Shown here in pieces: positions 47,918-57,319 of a stretch of 64,000 nucleotides of DNA (the stretch's first letter is position 1; every line of letters begins with the position of its first letter). Source of the DNA: a virus (Duplodnaviria > Heunggongvirae > Uroviricota > Caudoviricetes). The notes under the pieces were generated by a model. The model was given only the letters and a program-made list of their open reading frames with translations. It did not search any database and was not told where the DNA came from. The stretch covers positions 192,001 through 256,000 of IMG/VR virus record IMGVR_UViG_3300002834_000024. One strand, given 5' to 3'. The position numbers and the translations under genes are program-made.

Positions 47918-48790
47918 ATGTTAAAAAAGAAAGAACTAATCAAAAAGACAAAGAATAAAAGGGTGTTACATTACTATGCAAATGATAATACCTTTTCTAA
48001 AATAAATTCAGATAGTCCAATTCTGAATGAGATTATTTGTGATGATTCATTAAAGGTATTGAAAACATTACCTGATAATTGTATTGATTTAACATTAACC
48101 TCGCCCCCCTATAATTTCAATCGGGAATATAGTGAGTATGATGATCTTCAAACCAATGAAGAATATTTTGAAAAACTGTTTGAAATCCTTAAAGAAGTAT
48201 GTCGGGTAACAAAATATGGGGGTAGAGTTATTGTCAATATTATGCCATTATTTTCCGATTTCATTCCAAGTCATTTTATGATTGGAAATTTCTTTATGCA
48301 ACAGAAATTTATATGGCGTGATGAAATTATATGGAATAAGAATAATCGTAATTGTTCATATTCGGCTTGGGGGTCGTATAGATCGAGCTCAAGCCCTTAT
48401 ATGAAGAAATTACATGAATATATTTTGGTATTTGCTAAAGGCTCAATTAAACATGATATACCAAACCACGAATATCAGGATGATATGCAGAAACTTGAAT
48501 TTTCCGAATGGGTAAAGACAGGTACTTGGAGTATGGCCCCTGAAACAAGACAAAAGGATTATGGTCATCCAGCAATGTTTCCAGAGGAACTGGCTTATCG
48601 TTGTTTGAAGTTATTCAGTGGTAGGGGTGATACCATATTAGATCCATTCAATGGTGCTGGGACAACCACAAAAATGGCTTATCAAACAAATAGAAATTAC
48701 ATAGGAATTGATATTGATGAAAACTATTGTAAAACAGCAAGAGAAAGAATTGAAAATACAGAAATTGAAAATTTTATATTAACAACATAA
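47918..48790 (+). CDS. N4/N6 DNA methyltransferase (beta class)
   Basis: TSPPY, HPAMFP, DPFNGAGTT. Confidence 0.92.
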   Translation: MLKKKELIKKTKNKRVLHYYANDNTFSKINSDSPILNEIICDDSLKVLKTLPDNCIDLTLTSPPYNFNREYSEYDDLQTNEEYFEKLFEILKEVCRVTKYGGRVIVNIMPLFSDFIPSHFMIGNFFMQQKFIWRDEIIWNKNNRNCSYSAWGSYRSSSSPYMKKLHEYILVFAKGSIKHDIPNHEYQDDMQKLEFSEWVKTGTWSMAPETRQKDYGHPAMFPEELAYRCLKLFSGRGDTILDPFNGAGTTTKMAYQTNRNYIGIDIDENYCKTARERIENTEIENFILTT

Positions 48791-48964
48791 GAATTATGAG
48801 TACATACATTTTACAACCAGATGAAGATAGTGATGTTGATCCTATTGAAATAGATGTAGTTCTTGAAAGTGAAGCGATTTTAAGAGCAAAGGAAATAAAA
48901 GATGAATATGAGTGTGAATACGTTGATATTTTTAAGAAAACTTTTATAAAAGAAGTATAATATT

Positions 48965-49225
48965 ATGAAACAAGAAAAATTAATTTGTCCATTTTGTGGA
49001 AATGAAGTGGAAATTAGGGTATGTGATAGTGAAGGTAATGACAGAACTGATGAACAAGAATACATAAATGAACCGTATTCTGGAATAGGATATTATTTAT
49101 CACATTCGTTTATATCAGAGGAATTTGTTTGTCCAATCCAAACACATGAAGAAGAATTTTTAGGTTGTCATATCTATGACTCAATCGAAGAAATTTATGA
49201 GAAATGGAATAAACGTGCTGTATAA
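48965..49225 (+). CDS. Lar-like zinc-binding protein
   Basis: CPFCG ... WNKRA. Confidence 0.55.
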   Translation: MKQEKLICPFCGNEVEIRVCDSEGNDRTDEQEYINEPYSGIGYYLSHSFISEEFVCPIQTHEEEFLGCHIYDSIEEIYEKWNKRAV

Positions 49226-49245
49226 CTATTAAAGACATATAAATT

Positions 49246-50058
49246 ATGGAAACGAATAAACTTTTATCAGTAAAAAATGAGATAATATTTAATGTATCAC
49301 AAAAAATTCTTTTTGATTGCCAAAGGAAATCAATTGATGTTCTTTTATTTGGTGGTGCTTCATTATTATTTTTGCCTGGTTATGAAATTGATTTTATAAC
49401 AGAAAATCGTGGTGATATTAATGATATAGATTTAGTTGTTAATCCAAAAGATGTTGCAAGATTGAAATATTATCTTGTGGTAAATGGTTTTAAACCTGAT
49501 ATTAACTTCAATTTTCAACATGGAAATAAACGCATATGTTATTATCGGGAAGAAGATAATCTTTCAATTGATGTTTTTATTGGTGATATTCTTTTATGTC
49601 AAAAAATTGAAACTATCCATAGGTTTAGATATGATAAATTGATATTAGCGCCAATGATTTTGTTTTTAACCAAAATTCAAAAATTAAAATTATCTGATAA
49701 AGATATTTTTGATATTAATCTAATATTAAAACATATAGATTTATGTGATTTTAGATTTGTAATTGAATTATGTTCTAAAAATTGGAGATGGTATAAAACT
49801 ATAATTACAAATATCTTTTATTTATTAAAGGAAAAACGCATTACAGATAAAAAATATGCAATTGTATTGGAGGATGTGGCTGATAAAATTTTAGTATCCA
49901 GGAAAACCATATGTTGGAATATTAGAAAGTTTTTTGGTGGCCAGTGGTACAATGATGTTGAAGAACGTAAAAATCCCGATTGGAATGAAACAAATACAAC
50001 ATCAGATAATTATATAAGAAACAAACCAGTAATAAACAACGATAATAAAACTGATTAA
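49246..50058 (+). CDS. Nucleotidyltransferase-family protein
   Basis: FGGAS...DIDLV...IDVF...KD. Confidence 0.65.
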   Translation: METNKLLSVKNEIIFNVSQKILFDCQRKSIDVLLFGGASLLFLPGYEIDFITENRGDINDIDLVVNPKDVARLKYYLVVNGFKPDINFNFQHGNKRICYYREEDNLSIDVFIGDILLCQKIETIHRFRYDKLILAPMILFLTKIQKLKLSDKDIFDINLILKHIDLCDFRFVIELCSKNWRWYKTIITNIFYLLKEKRITDKKYAIVLEDVADKILVSRKTICWNIRKFFGGQWYNDVEERKNPDWNETNTTSDNYIRNKPVINNDNKTD

Positions 50059-50060
50059 TT

Positions 50061-51137
50061 ATGAATAATAGTGTTTATAAGGAACTTGCAGCGATTAACA
50101 ACCCAATGCTTAATTTAATTAAACCACATGAAATTAAAAAAAGACTTGATGAATATGTTATTGGTAATGAAGATGTGAAAAAAACATTATCCACAACATT
50201 ATACAATCATTATAAGAAAATATCTTACAGGGGCGAAATAGAATTAGATAAAAGTAATCTTGTTTTACTTGGTCCAACTGGTTCTGGTAAAACATTTCTT
50301 ATTAAAACAATAGCAAACATATTAAATGTCCCTTATTATATTGCCGACTGTACAACCTTAACAGAATCAGGTTATGTTGGTTCAGATGTTGAAACAGTTT
50401 TAGATGGTTTATTAGAAAAGGCTGAAGGTAATATTCAATTAGCACAAATGGGAATTATTTGTCTTGATGAACTTGATAAGATAGGTAGAAAATCAGAGAA
50501 TGTATCTATTACACGTGATGTTAGTGGTGAGGGTGTTCAACAAGCATTATTAAGAATGTTGGAAAGTAGTGTTGTTCGCATACAACCTGGTCAGAAAAGA
50601 CAACACCCCGAAAAGCCTTATATCAATTTTGATACACGAAATGTTTTATTTATCGGAATGGGGGCTTTTGAGGGTATTGAACAAAAAATTAAAAAACGAT
50701 TGAACCTTACCAGAATTGGTTATGCTTCTCATACAGATGATACATCTAAAAAAATTGATGAAAAAAATCTTTTGAGTGAAGTTACAACAGATGATTTAAA
50801 ATCATTTGGATTAATTCCTGAATTGATCGGTAGGATGCCAATAATCACAGCAACCGAGCATTTAAGTGAAGAAGCACTAATCAATATCATAACAAAACCA
50901 AAGAACGCCATTTTAAAGCAATATAAGGAGTTGTTTTTAATGGATGGGTGTACTTTATCATTTACCAATGAAGCGTTGATAGCAGTGGCTAAAAAGGCTA
51001 TTAAATTAAAGACTGGAGCCAGGTCTTTAAGAACCATTTTGGAAAAGGTTTTACAAGGTTATATGTATGATATTCCAAAGACAAAAGTAAAAAAATTAGA
51101 AATTACTGAAGAAATTGTTAATTCTATTATAAATTAA
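50061..51137 (+). CDS. clpX: ATP-dependent Clp protease ATP-binding subunit ClpX (no N-terminal zinc domain)
   Basis: GPTGSGKT, GYVG pore loop, DELDK, RDVSGEGVQQALL, IGY loop, TGAR. Confidence 0.95.
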   Translation: MNNSVYKELAAINNPMLNLIKPHEIKKRLDEYVIGNEDVKKTLSTTLYNHYKKISYRGEIELDKSNLVLLGPTGSGKTFLIKTIANILNVPYYIADCTTLTESGYVGSDVETVLDGLLEKAEGNIQLAQMGIICLDELDKIGRKSENVSITRDVSGEGVQQALLRMLESSVVRIQPGQKRQHPEKPYINFDTRNVLFIGMGAFEGIEQKIKKRLNLTRIGYASHTDDTSKKIDEKNLLSEVTTDDLKSFGLIPELIGRMPIITATEHLSEEALINIITKPKNAILKQYKELFLMDGCTLSFTNEALIAVAKKAIKLKTGARSLRTILEKVLQGYMYDIPKTKVKKLEITEEIVNSIIN

Positions 51138-51166
51138 TATATTTCCAACGAATAAAATATTTTTAT

Positions 51167-51364
51167 GTGAAAACAGATTTAGGAACATTAGAATTTGATG
51201 TTATTACAGATGAAAAATTTGATGAATTTCATAAAGTAGTCATTCCAGCTCATATTGTAACAAGTCCAATAATTAATTATTGTAGACAACATTTTAATTG
51301 GAATAAAGATAAAGTTGTCCCAGAGTTTTGTAAGGGTGAATTGATATTTAAAATGGTAAAATAA
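51167..51364 (+). CDS. Hypothetical protein
   Basis: GTG-start ORF. Confidence 0.5.
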   Translation: MKTDLGTLEFDVITDEKFDEFHKVVIPAHIVTSPIINYCRQHFNWNKDKVVPEFCKGELIFKMVK

Positions 51365-51366
51365 TC

Positions 51367-52143
51367 ATGGGTGAAGATGTTAAGAAAATACATACTCCAT
51401 TTGAACTTTTTTATACAGAGGGTTTAAGTGATGTGTCTGGTTGGGCTGGTTTAGTTCGGATATTCTTACATAAAGTAAAAAAATTCAATGAGAATAAACC
51501 AGAAAATGAACAAGCACTGATTACCCAAATTAAAGAAAAATGGGGTTCATTATGTTTATATTCATACTTACCAAAAGAACTTGATGATTATAGGCAAATG
51601 GCTGAACATGCCAGTAACCATATTTGTGAACACTGTGGGAGTCCATTTCATGTTGGTAAATATCAAGGTGGATGGATAGAAACAGTTTGTGAAACATGTG
51701 CAAAGAATGAAAACAAATATGAACCAAATTATCATTATCATTTTACAAGTGGTAAAAAGGATACTGATGAATATCAAACTTATGATATATATTCAGGTGA
51801 AAAAAACAACTTAAAAGCTTGGGAAAAATTAATTGAAAGATTACAAATTAAACATCCATCACCTAATGATTTATCAATATGTAAAACAATTAATCGTGGT
51901 GTTACATGTTGTAATAAAGAAATTGCTTGTATATCAGGTAAAGTTTATCGGCTTGAATATGTCGAAAAGTATGATTTATGGAAAGAATATAATCATTCTG
52001 TAAAAATGGATTGTGTAATAAGATTTGCTTTGAAAGTACAAAAAATCAAAGATAAAATCGAAAAAAAATATTCTTATATTTCTTACAAATATTGGAAAAT
52101 CAAACGTTATTTTATTCTAAAATATAAAACTCTATGGGATTAA
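51367..52143 (+). CDS. Conserved phage protein with QIKEKWG + zinc finger
   Basis: GW..QIKEKWGSL..CEHCG..GWIETVC. Confidence 0.65.
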   Translation: MGEDVKKIHTPFELFYTEGLSDVSGWAGLVRIFLHKVKKFNENKPENEQALITQIKEKWGSLCLYSYLPKELDDYRQMAEHASNHICEHCGSPFHVGKYQGGWIETVCETCAKNENKYEPNYHYHFTSGKKDTDEYQTYDIYSGEKNNLKAWEKLIERLQIKHPSPNDLSICKTINRGVTCCNKEIACISGKVYRLEYVEKYDLWKEYNHSVKMDCVIRFALKVQKIKDKIEKKYSYISYKYWKIKRYFILKYKTLWD

Positions 52144-52319
52144 TGTATACAGATTTTTCAGGAAATAAATATAAGATTCCAACCATGCCAGAGGTTAATA
52201 ATAGAATTACTGAAAGAAATGAAGATCTTGAAAAAAGAGTGGCAATATTGGAAAAACAATTAAATATATTTCAAAATCAAGTTTTAATTTTGAGAGAACC
52301 TTATATAATTGATAATTAA
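52134..52319 (+). CDS. Hypothetical protein
   Basis: ORF tiling. Confidence 0.5.
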   Translation: MGLMYTDFSGNKYKIPTMPEVNNRITERNEDLEKRVAILEKQLNIFQNQVLILREPYIIDN

Positions 52320-52335
52320 ATAAAAATATGTACTT

Positions 52336-52680
52336 ATGACGAATGAAGAAATTTTACAAAAATTAATAAACAATGGATTACCATTGGAAATCATAGAAAA
52401 TGTTAAATTGTTTGATGTATGTGATACAACAAGCGGAAATGTAGTATTTGATTTCCTTTTTTATGGATCAGATGCACGAGTTCAATATAGTATATTATGG
52501 AAAGATAGTTCTGATGAAAATTATAAAGGGACTTATGAATTTATGTATTCTGAAATTGAAGATGAAAATTTGAGTGAAACTTTTGACGATTTTTGTGAAA
52601 CAAATCTGGATTTGTTAATTGATATTAATGATTATTTACATGAAAGTGATGTACCAGATTTTGCTTTTCCACAATTATAA
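52336..52680 (+). CDS. Acidic hypothetical protein
   Basis: ORF. Confidence 0.6.
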   Translation: MTNEEILQKLINNGLPLEIIENVKLFDVCDTTSGNVVFDFLFYGSDARVQYSILWKDSSDENYKGTYEFMYSEIEDENLSETFDDFCETNLDLLIDINDYLHESDVPDFAFPQL

Positions 52681-52695
52681 AATTTTAGATAGATT

Positions 52696-52989
52696 ATGAA
52701 AATAGTAAAAATTAGTGCTGAATGGTGTGGTCCTTGTAAAGTTCTTGCCCCCATTTTTGAAGAATTGAAAAATGAATTAGAATCTGAAAATTTGACATTT
52801 GAAGTTGTTACTGAAGATGATAAACGTTTTTCAGAAATTTCATCAAAATTTGGAATAAGAAGTATTCCAACAGTTTTAATCATGGATGATTATGATATAA
52901 CTCTTTATTCAAGAATAACTGGTTTGAAAACAAAAGATGAATACAAGAATACAATTCTTGATATAGTTAGAGAACATGGGAGTATTTAG
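52696..52989 (+). CDS. Thioredoxin
   Basis: WCGPC, IRSIPT. Confidence 0.92.
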   Translation: MKIVKISAEWCGPCKVLAPIFEELKNELESENLTFEVVTEDDKRFSEISSKFGIRSIPTVLIMDDYDITLYSRITGLKTKDEYKNTILDIVREHGSI

Positions 52990-53093
52990 AAATAGAGGAT
53001 CAATAATAGCCATTGATAATTTTGATATGGCAGTGTTTTATATTCTTGTAATTGGTTGTTGTGTGTTAATGTATTTTGCTTATTTTAAATAAC

Positions 53094-53324
53094 ATGAAAG
53101 ATAAATTAAAAAATCTCTATACTAATAATTTTGAAGATTTTATTAAATTATTGAAATTATTTTATGGGGTTGATGATGTGATGGCTGTATTACAAGATTA
53201 CTATAAGAAAAATGATTTTTATTTTATTATAGATGGTAGGTTACTTAATTTTGAAACAGTTGTTGAAGATATGAGTGAAATAGCAAAGAATTTAAAATTA
53301 TTCAAACAGTTTAAACTGATGTAA
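53094..53324 (+). CDS. Hypothetical protein
   Basis: ATG at 53094. Confidence 0.55.
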   Translation: MKDKLKNLYTNNFEDFIKLLKLFYGVDDVMAVLQDYYKKNDFYFIIDGRLLNFETVVEDMSEIAKNLKLFKQFKLM

Positions 53325-53507
53325 AACAAAGCATCCCAAATCATTTTTCCATGACTGGGATGCTTTTCTGTTGTACTTCCTTTTGTTTTTGTGGGGTCTA
53401 TTAACAGCGACCCACCCATCTCTTACTTCAAAGGCGGCATCACGAGAGCCTTTTCTAATAGCCTTTAAAAAGTCCTCTTGTTTGATTGTACCAATAATAG
53501 TTTTCAT
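53298..53507 (-). CDS. Small basic protein, candidate ArfA-like ribosome rescue factor
   Basis: HKNKRKYNRK motif; intrinsic terminator inside ORF; own promoter. Confidence 0.5.
   Translation of the reverse strand: MKTIIGTIKQEDFLKAIRKGSRDAAFEVRDGWVAVNRPHKNKRKYNRKASQSWKNDLGCFVLHQFKLFE
53328..53366. terminator. Bidirectional terminator inside the 53298-53507 ORF
   Basis: AAAGCATCCCA/TGGGATGCTTT stem extended by TCAT/ATGA. Confidence 0.75.
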
Positions 53508-53536
53508 ATTTTTAAAATTTTATATATTAATAATTG

Positions 53537-53581
53537 CAAAGATACTAAATATTACATAATATTAAATAGTCTGGATGTTAA
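53537..53581 (-). promoter_or_regulatory. TTAACATCCAG box + TAnnTTTG promoter (minus)
   Basis: Box, 26 nt, TATCTTTG on minus strand. Confidence 0.75.
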
Positions 53582-53641
53582 AAAAACAATGACCAACTAT
53601 TTATATCCACATAAGAAGATAAATAAAAACTTTATAATACA

Positions 53642-54103
53642 ATGGCAAAGAAATCAATTGTACTAGCTAGAGAAAAAAAGGCACAGCTTGAAAAAGATAA
53701 AATAGATGCAAAACGTAATGTTACTCCTGTACCTAAACCATTTATAAACATTGTTAAACCACCAGTTGTAGAACCTGTTGTTGTAGTTAAAACACCAGAG
53801 GAAATGAATGTTATGTATCAATTGGAAATTGAGCAATTAAAAGCAGAATTGGCAAGAGTTAATAAGGAAAATGCTAAGGCATTTGAAATCATCACAAGAC
53901 AACGAAAAGAAATAAACAATCTTAAAGGTAAAGGTGTGATTGATGAGGAAAAGGAAAAAGATTGGATTAAGGTTGATAAAGATGCTGAAAAAGCAATGAG
54001 AGGGAGAAAACCTGTTACCATCGTTCATAGACCAATTACTGATATAAGTAGAGAGTTCTATATGGATCATGCTGGAAACGGGCCCATAAACGCAAGAAAT
54101 TAA
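53642..54103 (+). CDS. Hypothetical protein
   Basis: ORF after TATTTATA. Confidence 0.6.
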   Translation: MAKKSIVLAREKKAQLEKDKIDAKRNVTPVPKPFINIVKPPVVEPVVVVKTPEEMNVMYQLEIEQLKAELARVNKENAKAFEIITRQRKEINNLKGKGVIDEEKEKDWIKVDKDAEKAMRGRKPVTIVHRPITDISREFYMDHAGNGPINARN

Positions 54104-54127
54104 AGATAGGTTGGATACTGTTGTGTA

Positions 54128-54544
54128 ATGAAAAAAGTTATCATATCAGAAGAACAATACAGAAAGATAAAATTACTTGAACGTAAGGGTATTTTTGATA
54201 ATAACCGAGATAGTCATGTTGATAAAGATGGTTATATCTGGTGCAAAACACCAGCATTTCCTGATCATTATATGATATGTGGTAACATCAATGAAAGTCG
54301 AAGTAAAAGTTATGGTGGTTTAGATTGGTTAAAGAAAAATGAGATTTCACTTTCTGATGAAGAAAAGGCATATTTTAAAAAACATGGTCTTACCTGGGAT
54401 AATGGAGATTTAATTATACATAAAGGGAAAAGTAAAGATGATGATAGTGAAGTTTATTTTGCTTGGACACATCGAGCTTGGGGTGTAAAACCAACTAAAT
54501 CAGAAGCAATAAAGATGGGAAAATTTATTAAATCAACAAGTTAA
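54128..54544 (+). CDS. Hypothetical protein with propeptide-like N-terminus
   Basis: MKKVIISEEQYRKIKLLE. Confidence 0.6.
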   Translation: MKKVIISEEQYRKIKLLERKGIFDNNRDSHVDKDGYIWCKTPAFPDHYMICGNINESRSKSYGGLDWLKKNEISLSDEEKAYFKKHGLTWDNGDLIIHKGKSKDDDSEVYFAWTHRAWGVKPTKSEAIKMGKFIKSTS

Positions 54545-54559
54545 AAATATATAATTGTT

Positions 54560-54994
54560 ATGAATAAAAATGTCAGATTAAGAATGGGTAATATGTGTTT
54601 TGAAAATATTCAAGATATATATGAAATTGTAAAATATGAACCTAATGGTTACTATGGAAAAGAAGAAGATTATGAATTAATTAAGGTTAATTCATTTAAT
54701 GGAAATGAAACAGATGCTTATGCTTATACTCCAAAAGGCGAGGGCTATGGTAGTTTCATAATTGATAAATCTTGTTTTCAAAATCCTGAAAGGTGTTATG
54801 TTGTTGCATCATTTGATGTTGATGATGAGGGTGCAAATCTTGTATGGTGTGGTGAAAGACCACTTCGATTAACCAAATCAGAATGGCAAGACTTTATGGA
54901 ATGTGTTAAATTTGGATATAGCCACATTGATGGTGTTGTTAATAACAATAATATATACACTTTTGATATGTCAAATATTGAAATATCAGATTAA
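54560..54994 (+). CDS. Hypothetical protein
   Basis: ORF. Confidence 0.6.
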   Translation: MNKNVRLRMGNMCFENIQDIYEIVKYEPNGYYGKEEDYELIKVNSFNGNETDAYAYTPKGEGYGSFIIDKSCFQNPERCYVVASFDVDDEGANLVWCGERPLRLTKSEWQDFMECVKFGYSHIDGVVNNNNIYTFDMSNIEISD

Positions 54995-55034
54995 AATAAC
55001 TATATTTATAGAATATAATAATAAATTAATTAAT

Positions 55035-56744
55035 ATGAAGAAACTTTTACTCTTTTTTATAGCGTTATCTGCATCGCTCTCAATAAATGCAGCAGTAGTG
55101 GATACTGTGAGAATCTCTCTTAAAATGCCTGTTACAGAAAAATTTGAATTAAAAGCGAGAATAGATACAACAGGACTTTTACCACTTGTTGGGGGCGTTA
55201 AGGATACTATATTTTGGTTAGGTGAAAAAACAACAAGTTATGTAAATGTATTAGATACAACATTTGTTCATCCAATGAAATCTTTGAATATAGATAATAT
55301 TAATACACTTGGATTTACAAATACTGAATTTTATGTTGGTAGTTTATATATTAATCAAACTAATCACGATTTATTACACCCTTATAATCCAGCATTTCCA
55401 ATAAATCCATCACTCACAAATGGTTCGATTGATACATTATACTATTTTAAATGGTATCAATTACCATTGGCTAATTGGATTACTAATACCACATTAAAAA
55501 TATCTGGAACAACAAATAGAACACAAGTAAAAGCACTTGATGAAGGAGAAAGTTTTAAAGTTGGATTTAATTTTGGTATTAATGAAGATGATATTCAATT
55601 TGTAAAATTATATAAAAATGATGGCACGCTTTTATATACAGGTAAAACGTTAGATAGTATTCTTGTTAATTATCCAACTTATAGTGGAATTATAGATACA
55701 ATTCGTTTTGAATTTGGAAACTGGGAGGATACCATAAAATACACTGTAAATACAAACCGTTTGTTTTACAGAGTTTATAAACCTTTTGATTTTACTGCAA
55801 GATATACAAACAAACAAACTGCTGATAAACCATTAGTTGGAACTAACATTGTGGTAGATGCTATCGAATTACCAATTGTCTTATATCTTAAAGCTAGTGA
55901 TTATAATCCAAGTAAAGTTTACTCTCCATCGAATAATCAATTTATATTAGGTACATCTGTAGTTTCATCTAATGTTGATACTGTAAAGATTGACAAAGAA
56001 GGTGATTATGTATTATTTTATAAAGTTGATGGAGTTTCTTATTCAAAAACATACAAAGTAACTGTTAATCAACCAACTGCATATTCATTAACAGTCGTAG
56101 ATGGAAAAATTTTATCACCTATTGGTGGAAGTTATGTACCAGGTACAGATGTAAAAGTAGCAGCTGATAAAGCACCTGATGGATATTACTTTGATAAATG
56201 GACGGAAAGTTATAATTTAGATTTTGAAGCATATAAAGATACGATTACTTATAAAATGCCCGCTGGAAATGTCGTTTTAACTGCTAACTATTGTGAATTA
56301 CCGATTTATACATTCAATGGTAATTTAATTAAAGATAGTATTTTAACAATTCACAGTGCTTTTGATGTCAACAAACTATTTGTTAATGGACAACCTGTTG
56401 TTAAAATTAACCAGATGATACAAGATTCAATCGCATGTTTTTCAACACCAGATGTTTTCAATGTTGTTGATACATTTACAAATGCTTGTGGAAAAGTATT
56501 TATTACTCCGTTTAAAGTAACCGTTTCAACCATATATTTAGGCATTGATCCAATCGCTGTTGGAAGTGTGTATGCAAGTAACGGACAAGTAGTAATCGCT
56601 CTTAATAACGTATTTGATGTTAAAATATACAATATATTCGGTTCATTGGTATATAGTGCAAAAACACAAAACGAAATCATAAATCTTTCACATGGTGTAT
56701 ATATCGTGGTTGTGGGGGGTAACAAATACAAGATTATGATATAA
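55035..56744 (+). CDS. Secreted protein with InlB-B/Flg_new-like repeat and T9SS C-terminal sorting domain
   Basis: Signal peptide MKKLLLFFIALSASLSINA; GYYFDKWT..MPAGNVVLTANY; VKIYNIFGSLV..LSHGVYIVVV..KIMI. Confidence 0.75.
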   Translation: MKKLLLFFIALSASLSINAAVVDTVRISLKMPVTEKFELKARIDTTGLLPLVGGVKDTIFWLGEKTTSYVNVLDTTFVHPMKSLNIDNINTLGFTNTEFYVGSLYINQTNHDLLHPYNPAFPINPSLTNGSIDTLYYFKWYQLPLANWITNTTLKISGTTNRTQVKALDEGESFKVGFNFGINEDDIQFVKLYKNDGTLLYTGKTLDSILVNYPTYSGIIDTIRFEFGNWEDTIKYTVNTNRLFYRVYKPFDFTARYTNKQTADKPLVGTNIVVDAIELPIVLYLKASDYNPSKVYSPSNNQFILGTSVVSSNVDTVKIDKEGDYVLFYKVDGVSYSKTYKVTVNQPTAYSLTVVDGKILSPIGGSYVPGTDVKVAADKAPDGYYFDKWTESYNLDFEAYKDTITYKMPAGNVVLTANYCELPIYTFNGNLIKDSILTIHSAFDVNKLFVNGQPVVKINQMIQDSIACFSTPDVFNVVDTFTNACGKVFITPFKVTVSTIYLGIDPIAVGSVYASNGQVVIALNNVFDVKIYNIFGSLVYSAKTQNEIINLSHGVYIVVVGGNKYKIMI

Positions 56745-56777
56745 TAGTCTCTCTCTTTTTTTCATAATAATCTCCCC

Positions 56778-56819
56778 GAAAAGGCATTTATCTTAATTGG
56801 TAGATGCCTTTTCACTTTT
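56778..56819 (+). terminator. Intrinsic terminator
   Basis: GAAAAGGCATTTA/TAGATGCCTTTTC. Confidence 0.7.
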
Positions 56820-56864
56820 CTGGATGTTAAAATTTGTTAAAAAATGTTAAAATTATTATATTTG
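56820..56864 (+). promoter_or_regulatory. Inverted TTAACATCCAG box + TAnnTTTG promoter
   Basis: CTGGATGTTAA, 26 nt, TATATTTG. Confidence 0.65.
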
Positions 56865-56887
56865 CTATATAATAATTAATATTTAAT

Positions 56888-57319
56888 ATGGCTGACATAA
56901 TACGCAGACCAAGTAAAACTCTTAAATTAAACATAGATGAAAACTGGAACGTAACATACGGAACATTTAATAACAAAAACCCCAAAACTGTTTATATTAT
57001 CATGTGGTCATGGCTAAAACCACTTAATGATGATTTCATGGATATTTTAAATGAGGTTGAAAAATTTGTAAAGCATTATAAAATTGGATTAAATGATGTA
57101 TTTCAAACAAGATTGATTACGACTTTTGATATAGCACATTTAAAAATGTTGGTAAATAAGAAATCCCAATTAAAACTTAAATTACATCTTATTCAAATTG
57201 AATGTAAACCATTTTTGGAAACAAAAGAAAATGTAATTAAAATTGCAACAGATATAATTAGTAGAATTTATCGGCTTACAGGAAATGATTTTGAATTTAG
57301 TAGAAAGGGAAGAAAATGA
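56888..57319 (+). CDS. Conserved phage hypothetical protein
   Basis: YGT.N..NPKTVYI...W motif. Confidence 0.6.
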   Translation: MADIIRRPSKTLKLNIDENWNVTYGTFNNKNPKTVYIIMWSWLKPLNDDFMDILNEVEKFVKHYKIGLNDVFQTRLITTFDIAHLKMLVNKKSQLKLKLHLIQIECKPFLETKENVIKIATDIISRIYRLTGNDFEFSRKGRK

